Shown: positions 31,764-41,347 of the stretch, piece after piece
Layout: every line of letters starts with the position of its first letter
Numbering within the stretch: position 1 is the stretch's first letter
Assembly: GCA_030654395.1 (NCBI GenBank)
Contig: JAURXM010000075.1
Location: 12,274 to 76,273, forward strand
Length of the DNA: 64,000 nucleotides
Origin: Aquabacterium sp.
Lineage (GTDB): Bacteria; Pseudomonadota; Gammaproteobacteria; Burkholderiales; Burkholderiaceae_C
Reading direction: 5' to 3'
Notes under the pieces: generated by a model
Databases searched by the model: none
What the model was told of the DNA's origin: nothing
Seen by the model: the letters and a program-made list of their open reading frames with translations, nothing else
Made by a program: the position numbers and the translations under genes

Positions 31764-33509
31764 TTATTTTTTAGGAAGAAACATCAGCCAGTAAATCATC
31801 AAAAAGTTAAACAACAACGAGACTACCAAGGCGATCTTCCACAGTGCCGTTGGATCACGTGACAGCAAGGGCGTTGACAAAGGAACGGACAGCGGCCTAG
31901 AGGCGCCCCGCTCAAGCGCCAAGAGCAACTCTTCGGCTGTTTCAAATCGCTGGCGGGCATCCCTCGACACAGCCTTGAGCACGACGTGATCCAACCAAAT
32001 GGGCACGTCAGGACGGATGCGCGAGGGCGGTGTCGGGTCACGGCGGTAGCGTGCGACTTGATAAGGTTCGATTTCGCCATAAGGTAGACGCCCCGTCAGC
32101 CACTGATAGAGCATCACACCAAAGGCAAACAAGTCGCTGCTTGTTGTGACTCTCGCCACAGCAGGGTTGTCATCCCATTGCTCGGGGTTCATGTAGCTGG
32201 GTGTGCCGGCATGCAAGACCCTCAACGCTTCGGGCTCCTTGCCAGAAAGGGCAACACCCAAATCGAGCAAACGCCACTGCCCGTCCGCACCTAAATGCAC
32301 GTTGTCTGGTTTGATGTCTCGGTGAACAACACCAAGTTGGTGCAGTCGGCCTAGGGCACGCACCAGCGTGGCTGATGCATCCACGATTTCGGGGACGGTG
32401 AAGACTTTCTGAAGCGCACGCATCTCGCCCAAGGTCTGTCCGTTGTGCCAGTCAAACAGGGTATAAAAATGGGTCGCCCCTTTGGGCTCATGAACCCGAA
32501 CCAAACCCTTGGCATCGCGCTCGGTCACACGGGCACCTAACCACGCCTCGTGAGCCAACATGGCGCGCTCTTCTGGGTCACTGGCGCGTGCCTCGTGCAA
32601 GGTTTTAAGAGCGAACTCAGCGCCGCTCTGCTGGTGCCTCATCTTATAGAGCCGGTGCACACCATTGGCAAAGACACTGGCCTCAACAACCATGCCGTCC
32701 AGCACATCCCCAACCTGCAACTTGCTAGGCACGGGCAACTGCCGACCACGTCGTTCGTCATCCTCCAAACGCGCAGCGGCCAGGCCTTTAACCCGGATCA
32801 CCAGCGCCGTGGCGTTATCTCTGCCATTTGAAGCGAGCGCCTTGGCGACCAAGCTGTCGCTGGCCTCTTGCGCGCTGCCTTGCTCAGCCACGGCGCCCAG
32901 CAGCTTGGCCTTCAATACGCCATGGACACCATCGCTGGTCAGCACAATGATGTCGCCAATTTGAAGGTCGCCCTCCAGATAATCAACTCGCAAGCCATCG
33001 TCGAGCCCAACTGCTCTGGTCAAGCCCCCCTGAAATGCCATCGGCCCCAACGTATGGTCTTGCGTCAGTTGGGTGCATTCGCCACCACGCACCAAATAGG
33101 CACGGCTGTCCCCGACATGAGCCAGCGTGTATCCATGACCACGCAACACAATGGCCGTCAGCGTTGTCATCCCTGCGACACCAACGCCCTCCGGATTACG
33201 CGCCGATTGGCGACGCCTGTTGTGATCAGCCAACCAGGCGTTTTGCGACGCAATCAAGCGATCCAGTGCAACGGTTGTATCCCATGTAGCGGGCGTCGAG
33301 TAGTAATCCCGCAGCAAGCTCATGACGGTGGTTTGTGCCGCCTCAAGCCCCAAGCCGCCAGAGGACACCCCATCTGCCAAGGCGGCTATGACGCCCCAAG
33401 ATGACTCATGCGGCTCAGGGTGGCCAACGCCTGCGAAGTCCTCCAGCACCGATCGAGGGCCACGTTGACTGGCAAAGCCCACTTCAAGATCAAAACTCAT
33501 CTGACTCAT
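31764..33509 (-). CDS. bifunctional PP2C phosphatase - Ser/Thr kinase with C-terminal TM
   Basis: ADGVS, HVGDSRAY, SDGVH, DNATA; ALKTL, HRDIKPDN, DLG, GTPSYMNPE. Confidence 0.93.
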   Translation of the reverse strand: MSQMSFDLEVGFASQRGPRSVLEDFAGVGHPEPHESSWGVIAALADGVSSGGLGLEAAQTTVMSLLRDYYSTPATWDTTVALDRLIASQNAWLADHNRRRQSARNPEGVGVAGMTTLTAIVLRGHGYTLAHVGDSRAYLVRGGECTQLTQDHTLGPMAFQGGLTRAVGLDDGLRVDYLEGDLQIGDIIVLTSDGVHGVLKAKLLGAVAEQGSAQEASDSLVAKALASNGRDNATALVIRVKGLAAARLEDDERRGRQLPVPSKLQVGDVLDGMVVEASVFANGVHRLYKMRHQQSGAEFALKTLHEARASDPEERAMLAHEAWLGARVTERDAKGLVRVHEPKGATHFYTLFDWHNGQTLGEMRALQKVFTVPEIVDASATLVRALGRLHQLGVVHRDIKPDNVHLGADGQWRLLDLGVALSGKEPEALRVLHAGTPSYMNPEQWDDNPAVARVTTSSDLFAFGVMLYQWLTGRLPYGEIEPYQVARYRRDPTPPSRIRPDVPIWLDHVVLKAVSRDARQRFETAEELLLALERGASRPLSVPLSTPLLSRDPTALWKIALVVSLLFNFLMIYWLMFLPKK

Positions 33510-33540
33510 CCCTTGTCATTGAATGGCATGCGTGCATGTG

Positions 33541-33675
33541 GGCACCAAATTCGTGCACAACCTTGCCATCACCCACTGCTCGTGCAAGTTTCACGCCCGA
33601 ATGAGGTGCACCTAGGAAGCGCCGCCTGTGCCACGTATCGGTGCGCCCTTTTTTTGTGCTGGCCCGAATATTGCT
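33541..33675 (+). promoter_or_regulatory. NtrC-like site plus sigma54 promoter of the nirB operon
   Basis: GGCACCAAATTCGTGCA (33541-33557) and TGGCCCGAATATTGCT (33660-33675). Confidence 0.75.
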
Positions 33676-33719
33676 TTTTACCAAGCAACATTTTTGATTT
33701 CCGCAGACGGAGCATTCGC

Positions 33720-36164
33720 ATGAAGAAGATGAAGCTGGTGATGGTTGGCAACGGCATGGCCGGTGTCCGCACGCTTGAAGAGCTGTTGAAGGTTGCGCCC
33801 GATCTGTATGACATCACCGTCTTTGGTTCAGAGCCGCACCCCAATTACAACCGTATTTTGTTGTCCCCTGTTTTGGCTGGCGAGCAGACGATTGACGAAA
33901 TCATTCTGAATCCAATCAGCTGGTACGAAGAGCACGGCATCACGCTGCATTTGAGCAAAACGGTTGTCAGCATTGACCGCACCAAACGCATCGTCAAGGC
34001 AGAAGATGGCACAGAGGCTGAATATGACCGCTTGCTGATCGCCACAGGCTCTGTGCCGTTCATCCTGCCTGTGCCAGGAAAAGAGCTCGAAGGCGTGATC
34101 GCCTACCGCGACATCGCGGACACCAACACCATGATTGAAACCGCCACCACGCACAAACATGCAGTGGTGATTGGTGGTGGCCTGCTGGGCCTTGAAGCTG
34201 CAAACGGTCTGATGTTGCGCGGCATGAGCGTCACCGTGGTGCACATCATGCCTTGGCTGATGGAGCGTCAACTCGATGATGTCGCAGGCAAGATGCTGCA
34301 AAAATCACTCGAAGACCGAGGCCTGAAGTTTTTGATCGGTGCACAAACCCAAGAGCTGATTGGCGACAGCGATGACGGCAAGGCCGGTCGCGTCAAAGCG
34401 GTGAAGTTCAAAGATGGCACGGAGATCCCGGCTGACTTGGTTGTCATGGCTGCAGGCATCCGGCCCAACACGGGGTTGGCTGAAAAAATCGGCCTCCACT
34501 GCAACCGCGGCATCGTGGTGACAGACACCATGCAAACGGTGACCGATCCGCGCGTGTATTCAGTGGGCGAATGTGCTGCCCACCGCGGCATCGCCTATGG
34601 CTTGGTTGCACCCTTGTTTGAGCAAGGCAAGGTTTGTGCAAACCACTTGGCGATGTATGGCATTGGCCGCTACACCGGCTCACTGACATCGACCAAGCTC
34701 AAAGTAACCGGCATTGACTTGTTCAGCGCTGGCGACTTCGCGGGCGGCGAAGGCACGGAAGAAATCGTGATGAGCGACCCCTTTGGTGGGGTGTACAAAA
34801 AACTGGTGCTAAGGGACAACAAGTTGATTGGCGCCTGCCTATACGGCGATACGGTCGATGGCAGCTACTACTTCAAGCTGTTGCGCGATGGTCGCTGCGT
34901 TAAAGACATCCGCGACAAGCTGATGTTTGGCGAGTCCAACATCGGCGACGTGGGTCACGAGGGCCACAGTAAAGCAGCGGCCATGGCTGATAGCGACGAG
35001 GTCTGCGGCTGCAACGGCGTCAACAAAGGCACCATCTGCAAGGCCATCAAGGACAAGGGTTTGTTCACACTGGACGAGGTGCGCAAGCACACCAAGGCCA
35101 GCGCCTCATGCGGATCATGCACAGGCTTGGTTGAACAAATCTTGATGTTCACGGCAGGTGGTGACTACTCGGCCACCCCGAAGAAAAAGCCCATGTGCGG
35201 CTGCTCAGACAACAGCCATCAGGAAGTGCGCGATACGATCCGCAGCCAAAAACTGTTGGCGATCGACAGCGTCTACAAGACCATGGGCTGGCGCACACCC
35301 AACGGTTGTGCGAGCTGTCGTCCGGCCATCAACTATTACTTGATCAGCACTTGGCCCAAAGAAGCACGTGACGACCCACAAAGCCGCTTCATCAACGAGC
35401 GCAGCCACGCCAACATCCAAAAAGATGGCACCTACAGTGTGATCCCGCGCATGTGGGGTGGCGAGACCACATCCTCTGAGTTGCGCCGCATCGCCGATGC
35501 AGTGGACAAGTACAAGATCCCGACCGTCAAGGTAACAGGCGGCCAGCGCATCGACTTGCTGGGCGTCAAAAAAGAGGATCTGGTCAATGTGTGGAAGGAC
35601 ATTGGCATGCCAAGCGGCCACGCCTACGCCAAAGCCTTGCGTACAGTCAAAACTTGCGTGGGTTCTGAGTGGTGCCGCATGGGCACCCAAGACAGCACGC
35701 AAATGGGTAAAGACATGGAGCGCGCCATGTGGCGCATGTACGCCCCGCACAAGGTTAAGTTTGCAGTGAGCGGCTGCCCTCGCAACTGCGCAGAAGCAGG
35801 CATCAAGGACGTCGGTATCATCGGTGTTGACTCAGGCTGGGAGATGTACATCGCCGGTAACGGCGGCATCAAGACCGAGGTGGCGCACTTCTTCTGCAAG
35901 CTCAAGACCTCAGATGAGGTACTTGAATACACCGGTGCGTTCTGCGAACTCTACCGCCAAGAGGGTTGGTACCTTGAGCGCACCGTGCACTATGTGGATC
36001 GCGTCGGGTTGGACTATGTCAAGAAGAAGATCCTTGATGACGAGGCAGGCCGCAAGGCCTTGTGGGCCAACTTGCAAGCGGCACTGGAAGGCGAGCCTGA
36101 CCCATGGTTCGACTTCAAGGAAGCCGAGGTTGACACACGCCAATTCGATCCTGTCTCGCAGTAA
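33720..36164 (+). CDS. nirB: assimilatory nitrite reductase large subunit
   Basis: VGNGMAG, YNRILLS, GGGLLGLEAA, BFD Cys motifs, ANIQKDGTYSV, CVGSEWCR, SGCPRNC. Confidence 0.97.
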   Translation: MKKMKLVMVGNGMAGVRTLEELLKVAPDLYDITVFGSEPHPNYNRILLSPVLAGEQTIDEIILNPISWYEEHGITLHLSKTVVSIDRTKRIVKAEDGTEAEYDRLLIATGSVPFILPVPGKELEGVIAYRDIADTNTMIETATTHKHAVVIGGGLLGLEAANGLMLRGMSVTVVHIMPWLMERQLDDVAGKMLQKSLEDRGLKFLIGAQTQELIGDSDDGKAGRVKAVKFKDGTEIPADLVVMAAGIRPNTGLAEKIGLHCNRGIVVTDTMQTVTDPRVYSVGECAAHRGIAYGLVAPLFEQGKVCANHLAMYGIGRYTGSLTSTKLKVTGIDLFSAGDFAGGEGTEEIVMSDPFGGVYKKLVLRDNKLIGACLYGDTVDGSYYFKLLRDGRCVKDIRDKLMFGESNIGDVGHEGHSKAAAMADSDEVCGCNGVNKGTICKAIKDKGLFTLDEVRKHTKASASCGSCTGLVEQILMFTAGGDYSATPKKKPMCGCSDNSHQEVRDTIRSQKLLAIDSVYKTMGWRTPNGCASCRPAINYYLISTWPKEARDDPQSRFINERSHANIQKDGTYSVIPRMWGGETTSSELRRIADAVDKYKIPTVKVTGGQRIDLLGVKKEDLVNVWKDIGMPSGHAYAKALRTVKTCVGSEWCRMGTQDSTQMGKDMERAMWRMYAPHKVKFAVSGCPRNCAEAGIKDVGIIGVDSGWEMYIAGNGGIKTEVAHFFCKLKTSDEVLEYTGAFCELYRQEGWYLERTVHYVDRVGLDYVKKKILDDEAGRKALWANLQAALEGEPDPWFDFKEAEVDTRQFDPVSQ

Positions 36165-36219
36165 CACGCCTCGCCAATACGACCTACCAATACGCCCAGC
36201 CGAACTGAGAGTTGACCGC

Positions 36220-37032
36220 ATGCTATTGCCGTACTCAGCATCCCGTCGTCGCGCCTTGCAGCTAGGTGCGGCGGCGAGCGTGTCACCGTGGTTGATGGTC
36301 TCGGCACATGCCGAGATCACCAGCCTCAATGAGGCCATCAACAAAGCCGGACGCCAGCGCATGCTGTCCCAGCGCATGGCGAAGGCTTGGTTGGCCAAGG
36401 GGCAAGGCATCAATCCAGTACGGGCTGAAAAAATCATGCTGGACTCCATGGCATTGTTCGACCGCCAGGTGATTGAGTTAAAAGCCTATGCGCCCTCGCC
36501 TGAGATCAAAGCCACTTACGCGTCGTTGGAGCCGATCTGGAGTCATTACAAAACGGCGCTGATCGGTCAATCACCAGCAATAGGTTCGACTGCGGGCTTG
36601 CTTGCCCTAGATAGTCAAGTCCTGAAACTGGCACACCAAGGCACGGTGCAGCTTGAGAAGTATTCAGGCCGCCCCATCGCCACGCTGGTCAATATGGCAG
36701 GGCGTCAGCGCATGTTGTCGCAACGCACAGCCAAGTTTTACTTAAGCTTGACCTGGGGGGCTGAGGCACCCAACGCTTCGCAAGATTTGAGTACCGCCCG
36801 CGAAGAGTTCACCATCGCTTTGCAGACGTTGACAAGAGCCCCAGAGACCACCGCAGCCATTCGACAAGAGCTGGGGTTGGCGCAACAGCAATGGGTCTTT
36901 TTTGACAACGCCCTGAGCATGCGCAAGGAAAAAAGTGGCGCGAACAGGCGTGCACGCGATGTGTTTTCAACCAGCGAACACATCTTAGACATCATGGACA
37001 AGGTCACCGGCATGTACAGCAAGCTGACCTGA
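36220..37032 (+). CDS. Tat-exported tandem PilJ/NarX-type P-box sensor-domain protein
   Basis: SRRRALQ Tat signal; two copies AINKAGRQRMLSQR and LVNMAGRQRMLSQR. Confidence 0.85.
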   Translation: MLLPYSASRRRALQLGAAASVSPWLMVSAHAEITSLNEAINKAGRQRMLSQRMAKAWLAKGQGINPVRAEKIMLDSMALFDRQVIELKAYAPSPEIKATYASLEPIWSHYKTALIGQSPAIGSTAGLLALDSQVLKLAHQGTVQLEKYSGRPIATLVNMAGRQRMLSQRTAKFYLSLTWGAEAPNASQDLSTAREEFTIALQTLTRAPETTAAIRQELGLAQQQWVFFDNALSMRKEKSGANRRARDVFSTSEHILDIMDKVTGMYSKLT

Positions 37033-37121
37033 TCTCACCGACATCCCATTCAAAGACCTCCCTTGTACTCAAGTTGGAGGCTCCCGCTGAAAAGCTTTAC
37101 ACCTGAGAATACCGAGCCATC

Positions 37122-37493
37122 ATGACCCAATGGAAACCCATTTGCACCGTTGAAGACATCCCTAAGCTGGGCGCACGCCGTGTGACCCGCGACAAGGGCT
37201 GCGAGGTAGCCGTATTCCGCGCCGCTGACGACCAGGTCTTTGCCCTGCTCGACCGTTGCCCCCACAAGGGTGGCCCACTGTCGCAAGGCATTGTCTTTGG
37301 TCACAGCGTGGCCTGCCCGCTTCACAACTGGACAATTGGGCTGGACAACGGTTGCGCCAGTGCGCCCGATGAAGGTTGCACACCCAAGTTCAGTGTCAAG
37401 GTTGAAAACGGCACAGTACACCTAGACCTCCATGAGTTGGCGACCCACGCCATCGACCTCGCTGCGCCCACTGCTGGTCCTGCTTGCAAGTAA
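37122..37493 (+). CDS. nirD: nitrite reductase small subunit (Rieske)
   Basis: CPHKGGPLSQG and CPLHNW. Confidence 0.95.
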   Translation: MTQWKPICTVEDIPKLGARRVTRDKGCEVAVFRAADDQVFALLDRCPHKGGPLSQGIVFGHSVACPLHNWTIGLDNGCASAPDEGCTPKFSVKVENGTVHLDLHELATHAIDLAAPTAGPACK

Positions 37494-37563
37494 CACGCAA
37501 GTTCCGAGCGCCACACCACGTGGTTTAGCTCTGCACGGGTTGACCAGAAACATAGAGGTACTC

Positions 37564-40374
37564 ATGAACAAAACTGACTCCACCCAGACACGCTCCACCT
37601 GCCCTTACTGCGGCACAGGCTGCGGTGTGTTGATTGAGTCAGCGCACGGCCGCATCATCAACGTGCAGGGCGACCCCACGCACCCGGCCAATTTCGGCCG
37701 CTTGTGTACAAAAGGCAGCACCTTGCACCTCACCGCTTCGGCCAGCGTACAACAGCAAACACGGCTGTTGACCCCCTTGCGCAGAGCCAGCCGTGACGCG
37801 CAGCCAACCGTTGTAGGTTGGGACGACGCCATGAACGAGGCCGCAGATCGCTTCGCAGCGATCATCCGTGAACACGGCCCCGACGCGGTCGGCTTTTACG
37901 GTTCTGGCCAACTCTTGACGGAGGACTACTACGTCCTCAACAAACTGGCCAAGGGACTGATTGGCACCAACAACATCGACACCAACTCACGCCTGTGCAT
38001 GAGCAGCGCCGTGATGGCCTACAAAGCCACGCTCGGGTCCGATGCACCGCCCACGTGCTATGACGATATCCAGCACGCCCAGACGCTGTTCATCGTGGGA
38101 TCGAACACGGCCTACGCCCACCCCATTTTGTTTCGGCGGATAGAAGACGCCAAACGCGCCAATCCGTCCCTTCGTTTGATCGTGGCGGACCCACGCAAAA
38201 CAGAGACGGCTGACATGGCCGACCTCTACCTGCCGATCCTGCCCGGCACCGACGTCGCCTTGTTTCACGGCATGCTGCACATCATGCTGACCGAAGGCTT
38301 GGTCGACATGGCCTATGTGGCGCGCCATACCCAAGGCTTCGAGGCCTTGCAAATCATCCTGCGTGACTTCACTCCAGAGGCGGTGGCCACGGCATGCGGC
38401 GTCAGCCAAGATGACTTGGTGCAAGCAGCCCGGTGGTTTGGCGGCGCCACCCCCACCTTGTCGCTGTACTGCCAAGGCCTCAATCAAAGTAGCAGCGGCA
38501 CCGATAAGAACACCGCATTGATCAACCTGCACTTGGCCACAGGCCAGATCGGCAAACCAGGCGCAGGGCCTTTCTCGCTCACAGGGCAACCCAATGCCAT
38601 GGGTGGACGAGAGGTCGGCGGCATGGCCACATTGCTCAGTGGACACAGAGACCTGAGTAACCCCGCACACCGAGCCGACGTGGCTCACCTGTGGGGTGTT
38701 CCCTCTGTGCCGTCGTCCCCCGGGAAGACCGCCGTTGAGCTGTTTGCAGCCGCCGCCAAAGGTGAAATCAAGGCCTTGTGGATCGTGGGCACCAACCCGG
38801 CCCAATCGATGCCCGACCAAACCCTCGTGCGCAAGGCGCTTGAGCGAGTCGAGTTTGTGGTGGTTCAAGAGGCTTTCGCCACCACGGCCACCTGCGCCTA
38901 TGCCGACCTGCTGCTACCTGCCACGACATGGGGTGAGAAAAACGGCACCGTCACCAACAGCGAACGCCGCATCAGCCGTGTCAACGCCGCCTTGGCGCCC
39001 GCTGGGGAATCACGCCACGATTGGGCCATCCTCAGTGAGATGGGTCGCCGCCTAGAAACTCGTTTGCCCGACCTCAGTGGCCGCTATGCCCAAGGTGTCA
39101 GCACCTTGTTTCCCTACGACAAGCCAGAGCAAATCTGGAACGAACACCGAGAATCCACCCGAGGCCGTGATCTAGATATCACTGGACTGAGCTACCAGAT
39201 ACTGGGCACAGCTGGCCCACAACAATGGCCCATGCCTGAGGGCACCACCGAGGGCAAAAAACGCCTTTATGAAGATGGCATCTATCCGACAGAAACAGGT
39301 CGTGCCAGCTTTTCAGCGATCCGCTACGAGCCGCTGGCCGAAGCCCGCGATGCCCGCTATCCCTACTCGCTGAACACTGGGCGCCTGCGAGACCAGTGGC
39401 ACAGCATGAGCCGCACCGGTACGCTAGGGCGCTTGTTTGGCCACGTCAGCGAACCCGCCATTGACCTCAATCCCGAGGACATGATGCGACTGGACTTGGT
39501 GCCAGGTGATCTGGTGCAAGCAAGCTCGCGCCGAGGCACCTTGATTTTGCCCGCGCAACCCAGCGACGCCGTCGCCCCCATGCAAGCCTTCATCGCCATG
39601 CACTGGGGGGAGGAATACCTCAGTGGACACGATGCAGAGGGCCGCACCACAGCCGGCGTCAACACCCTGACTTTGTCCACCTACTGCCCAAAGTCAAAAC
39701 AGCCCGAACTCAAGCACGCCGCCATCAAGCTCGCCAAAGCGCAACTGCCTTGGCGTTTGCTGGCGCTCGCGTGGCTACCGCAAGAACAAGCCTTGGCGGT
39801 GCGCGAAGCCCTGAAGCCCTTGATGTCCGCGTTTGCCTTTACCAGTTGCGTGCCCTTTGGGCGTGAACCGCATGAACAAGGCAAAGTCGGCGTGCTGTTC
39901 CGTGCGGGCGCATTGGAGCCCGCCAGCGACGCCGTGATTCACCGCATTGAAACCCTGCTGGGCATTGAAGGGGCCGACGTGCTTCGCTACCAGGACCGCC
40001 AGCGCGGCCAGCGTCGCGCCATGCGCATGGCGCGAAGCGGCGATGGCCTCAAGCTACAAGCCTTTTTGCTCGCCGGAGACACCAGCGCCGAAGCTTGGAT
40101 TCGTCCCTTATTACAAGATGAGTTGCCCGCAGAAAGTTATGGCCGGGCACTGCTCTCACCTGGTCGCAACCCGCCCGTGGCCATTCAAAGCAAAGGCCGC
40201 CAAGTTTGCACCTGCTTCAACGTGACCGAACCGGCCATTGTCGCGAGCCTGAGCCAATGCACAGGCACCCTCGATGAGCGGCTGACGAGCCTGCAAGGAC
40301 AGCTCAAGTGCGGCACCAACTGCGGCTCATGCCTTCCCGAGCTCCGCAAAATCATCAAACAACACCCACGATAA
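37564..40374 (+). CDS. nasA: assimilatory nitrate reductase catalytic subunit (Mo-bisMGD)
   Basis: STCPYCGTGCG, LCTKG, DTNSRLCMSSA, SLTGQPNAMGGRE, C-terminal CTCFNV..CGTNCGSC. Confidence 0.95.
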   Translation: MNKTDSTQTRSTCPYCGTGCGVLIESAHGRIINVQGDPTHPANFGRLCTKGSTLHLTASASVQQQTRLLTPLRRASRDAQPTVVGWDDAMNEAADRFAAIIREHGPDAVGFYGSGQLLTEDYYVLNKLAKGLIGTNNIDTNSRLCMSSAVMAYKATLGSDAPPTCYDDIQHAQTLFIVGSNTAYAHPILFRRIEDAKRANPSLRLIVADPRKTETADMADLYLPILPGTDVALFHGMLHIMLTEGLVDMAYVARHTQGFEALQIILRDFTPEAVATACGVSQDDLVQAARWFGGATPTLSLYCQGLNQSSSGTDKNTALINLHLATGQIGKPGAGPFSLTGQPNAMGGREVGGMATLLSGHRDLSNPAHRADVAHLWGVPSVPSSPGKTAVELFAAAAKGEIKALWIVGTNPAQSMPDQTLVRKALERVEFVVVQEAFATTATCAYADLLLPATTWGEKNGTVTNSERRISRVNAALAPAGESRHDWAILSEMGRRLETRLPDLSGRYAQGVSTLFPYDKPEQIWNEHRESTRGRDLDITGLSYQILGTAGPQQWPMPEGTTEGKKRLYEDGIYPTETGRASFSAIRYEPLAEARDARYPYSLNTGRLRDQWHSMSRTGTLGRLFGHVSEPAIDLNPEDMMRLDLVPGDLVQASSRRGTLILPAQPSDAVAPMQAFIAMHWGEEYLSGHDAEGRTTAGVNTLTLSTYCPKSKQPELKHAAIKLAKAQLPWRLLALAWLPQEQALAVREALKPLMSAFAFTSCVPFGREPHEQGKVGVLFRAGALEPASDAVIHRIETLLGIEGADVLRYQDRQRGQRRAMRMARSGDGLKLQAFLLAGDTSAEAWIRPLLQDELPAESYGRALLSPGRNPPVAIQSKGRQVCTCFNVTEPAIVASLSQCTGTLDERLTSLQGQLKCGTNCGSCLPELRKIIKQHPR

Positions 40375-40402
40375 TGACGGCTTACTCCCTTCCAAGGTCA
40401 CC

Positions 40403-41347
40403 ATGAGCATTGCCGCCTACATCAAGGTCATCGGTCGAGGTAAAGACGGTGCGCGGCCCTTGACCGCTGAGCAGGCACACGATCTCATGAGCCAAGTGTT
40501 GGATGGGCGTGTGAGCGACCTCGAAATCGGCGCTTTTTGCATGGCCATGCGGATCAAAGGCGAAGAGGTCGCAGAGCTTGACGGCTTTGTGCGCGCAACC
40601 TTAGAGCGCTGCCTGCCCATGCCCCATGCAAAAGGCGGCGTGGTGGTACTACCCTCTTACAACGGCGCCCGAAAACTACCCAACCTGACCCCCTTGTTGG
40701 CCGGGCAACTGGCCAAGCAAGGTGTGGCTGTGTTGATTCACGGTCCGCGTCAAGACCCCACCCGAGTCACCACAGCGCAGGTGTTTGACGCCTTGGGCTG
40801 GCCGCAAGCGAACAACAGTGCCGATGTCGAGGCCGCTTGGCGCGCAGGCCGCCCCGCCTACATAGACACCGCTACCCTGTGCCCACCGCTGGCCCGCCTG
40901 TTGGACGTTCGTTGGACCATTGGGTTGCGCAACCCGGGACACACCGTGGCCAAGCTGCTGGACCCTATCGCGGCGAACCCACAACAACGCACGCTGCGCG
41001 TGGTCAACCACACCCACCCAGAATATGCGATATCACTCAAGGCCTATCTGCAACATACCAAGGCCAACGCCTTGTTGATGCGAGGCACTGAAGGAGAGCC
41101 CGTCGCAGATCCTCGTCGTCAACCCCGTTTTGACGTGTACATCGACGGCATCCATCACGAAGCCCTGTCTAGAGCCCCGCTAGAGGGCGTCTTAACCGAA
41201 CTCCCCGAGTTACCCGAGGGCTTTGGCGCCAGCGCCACCGCGCGCTACATCGAATCGATCTTGGTCGGGCAGCAAGCACTGCCTGCATCCATTGCGGCAC
41301 AAGTGGACTGCTTGCGCATGAGTTTTGCCGACGGCACCATCACCTAG
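40403..41347 (+). CDS. ybiB: YbiB-family (TrpD2) nucleic-acid-binding protein
   Basis: YIKVIGRGKDGAR, PSYNGARK, LMRGTEGE. Confidence 0.9.
   Translation: MSIAAYIKVIGRGKDGARPLTAEQAHDLMSQVLDGRVSDLEIGAFCMAMRIKGEEVAELDGFVRATLERCLPMPHAKGGVVVLPSYNGARKLPNLTPLLAGQLAKQGVAVLIHGPRQDPTRVTTAQVFDALGWPQANNSADVEAAWRAGRPAYIDTATLCPPLARLLDVRWTIGLRNPGHTVAKLLDPIAANPQQRTLRVVNHTHPEYAISLKAYLQHTKANALLMRGTEGEPVADPRRQPRFDVYIDGIHHEALSRAPLEGVLTELPELPEGFGASATARYIESILVGQQALPASIAAQVDCLRMSFADGTIT

Noticed and set aside
33408-33719. N-terminal extensions in the ORF track for nirB (also dcd, hda, ygfZ, yjgA, nasA)
   Set aside because: They run through promoter or intergenic DNA; family homology begins at the later ATGs used here.
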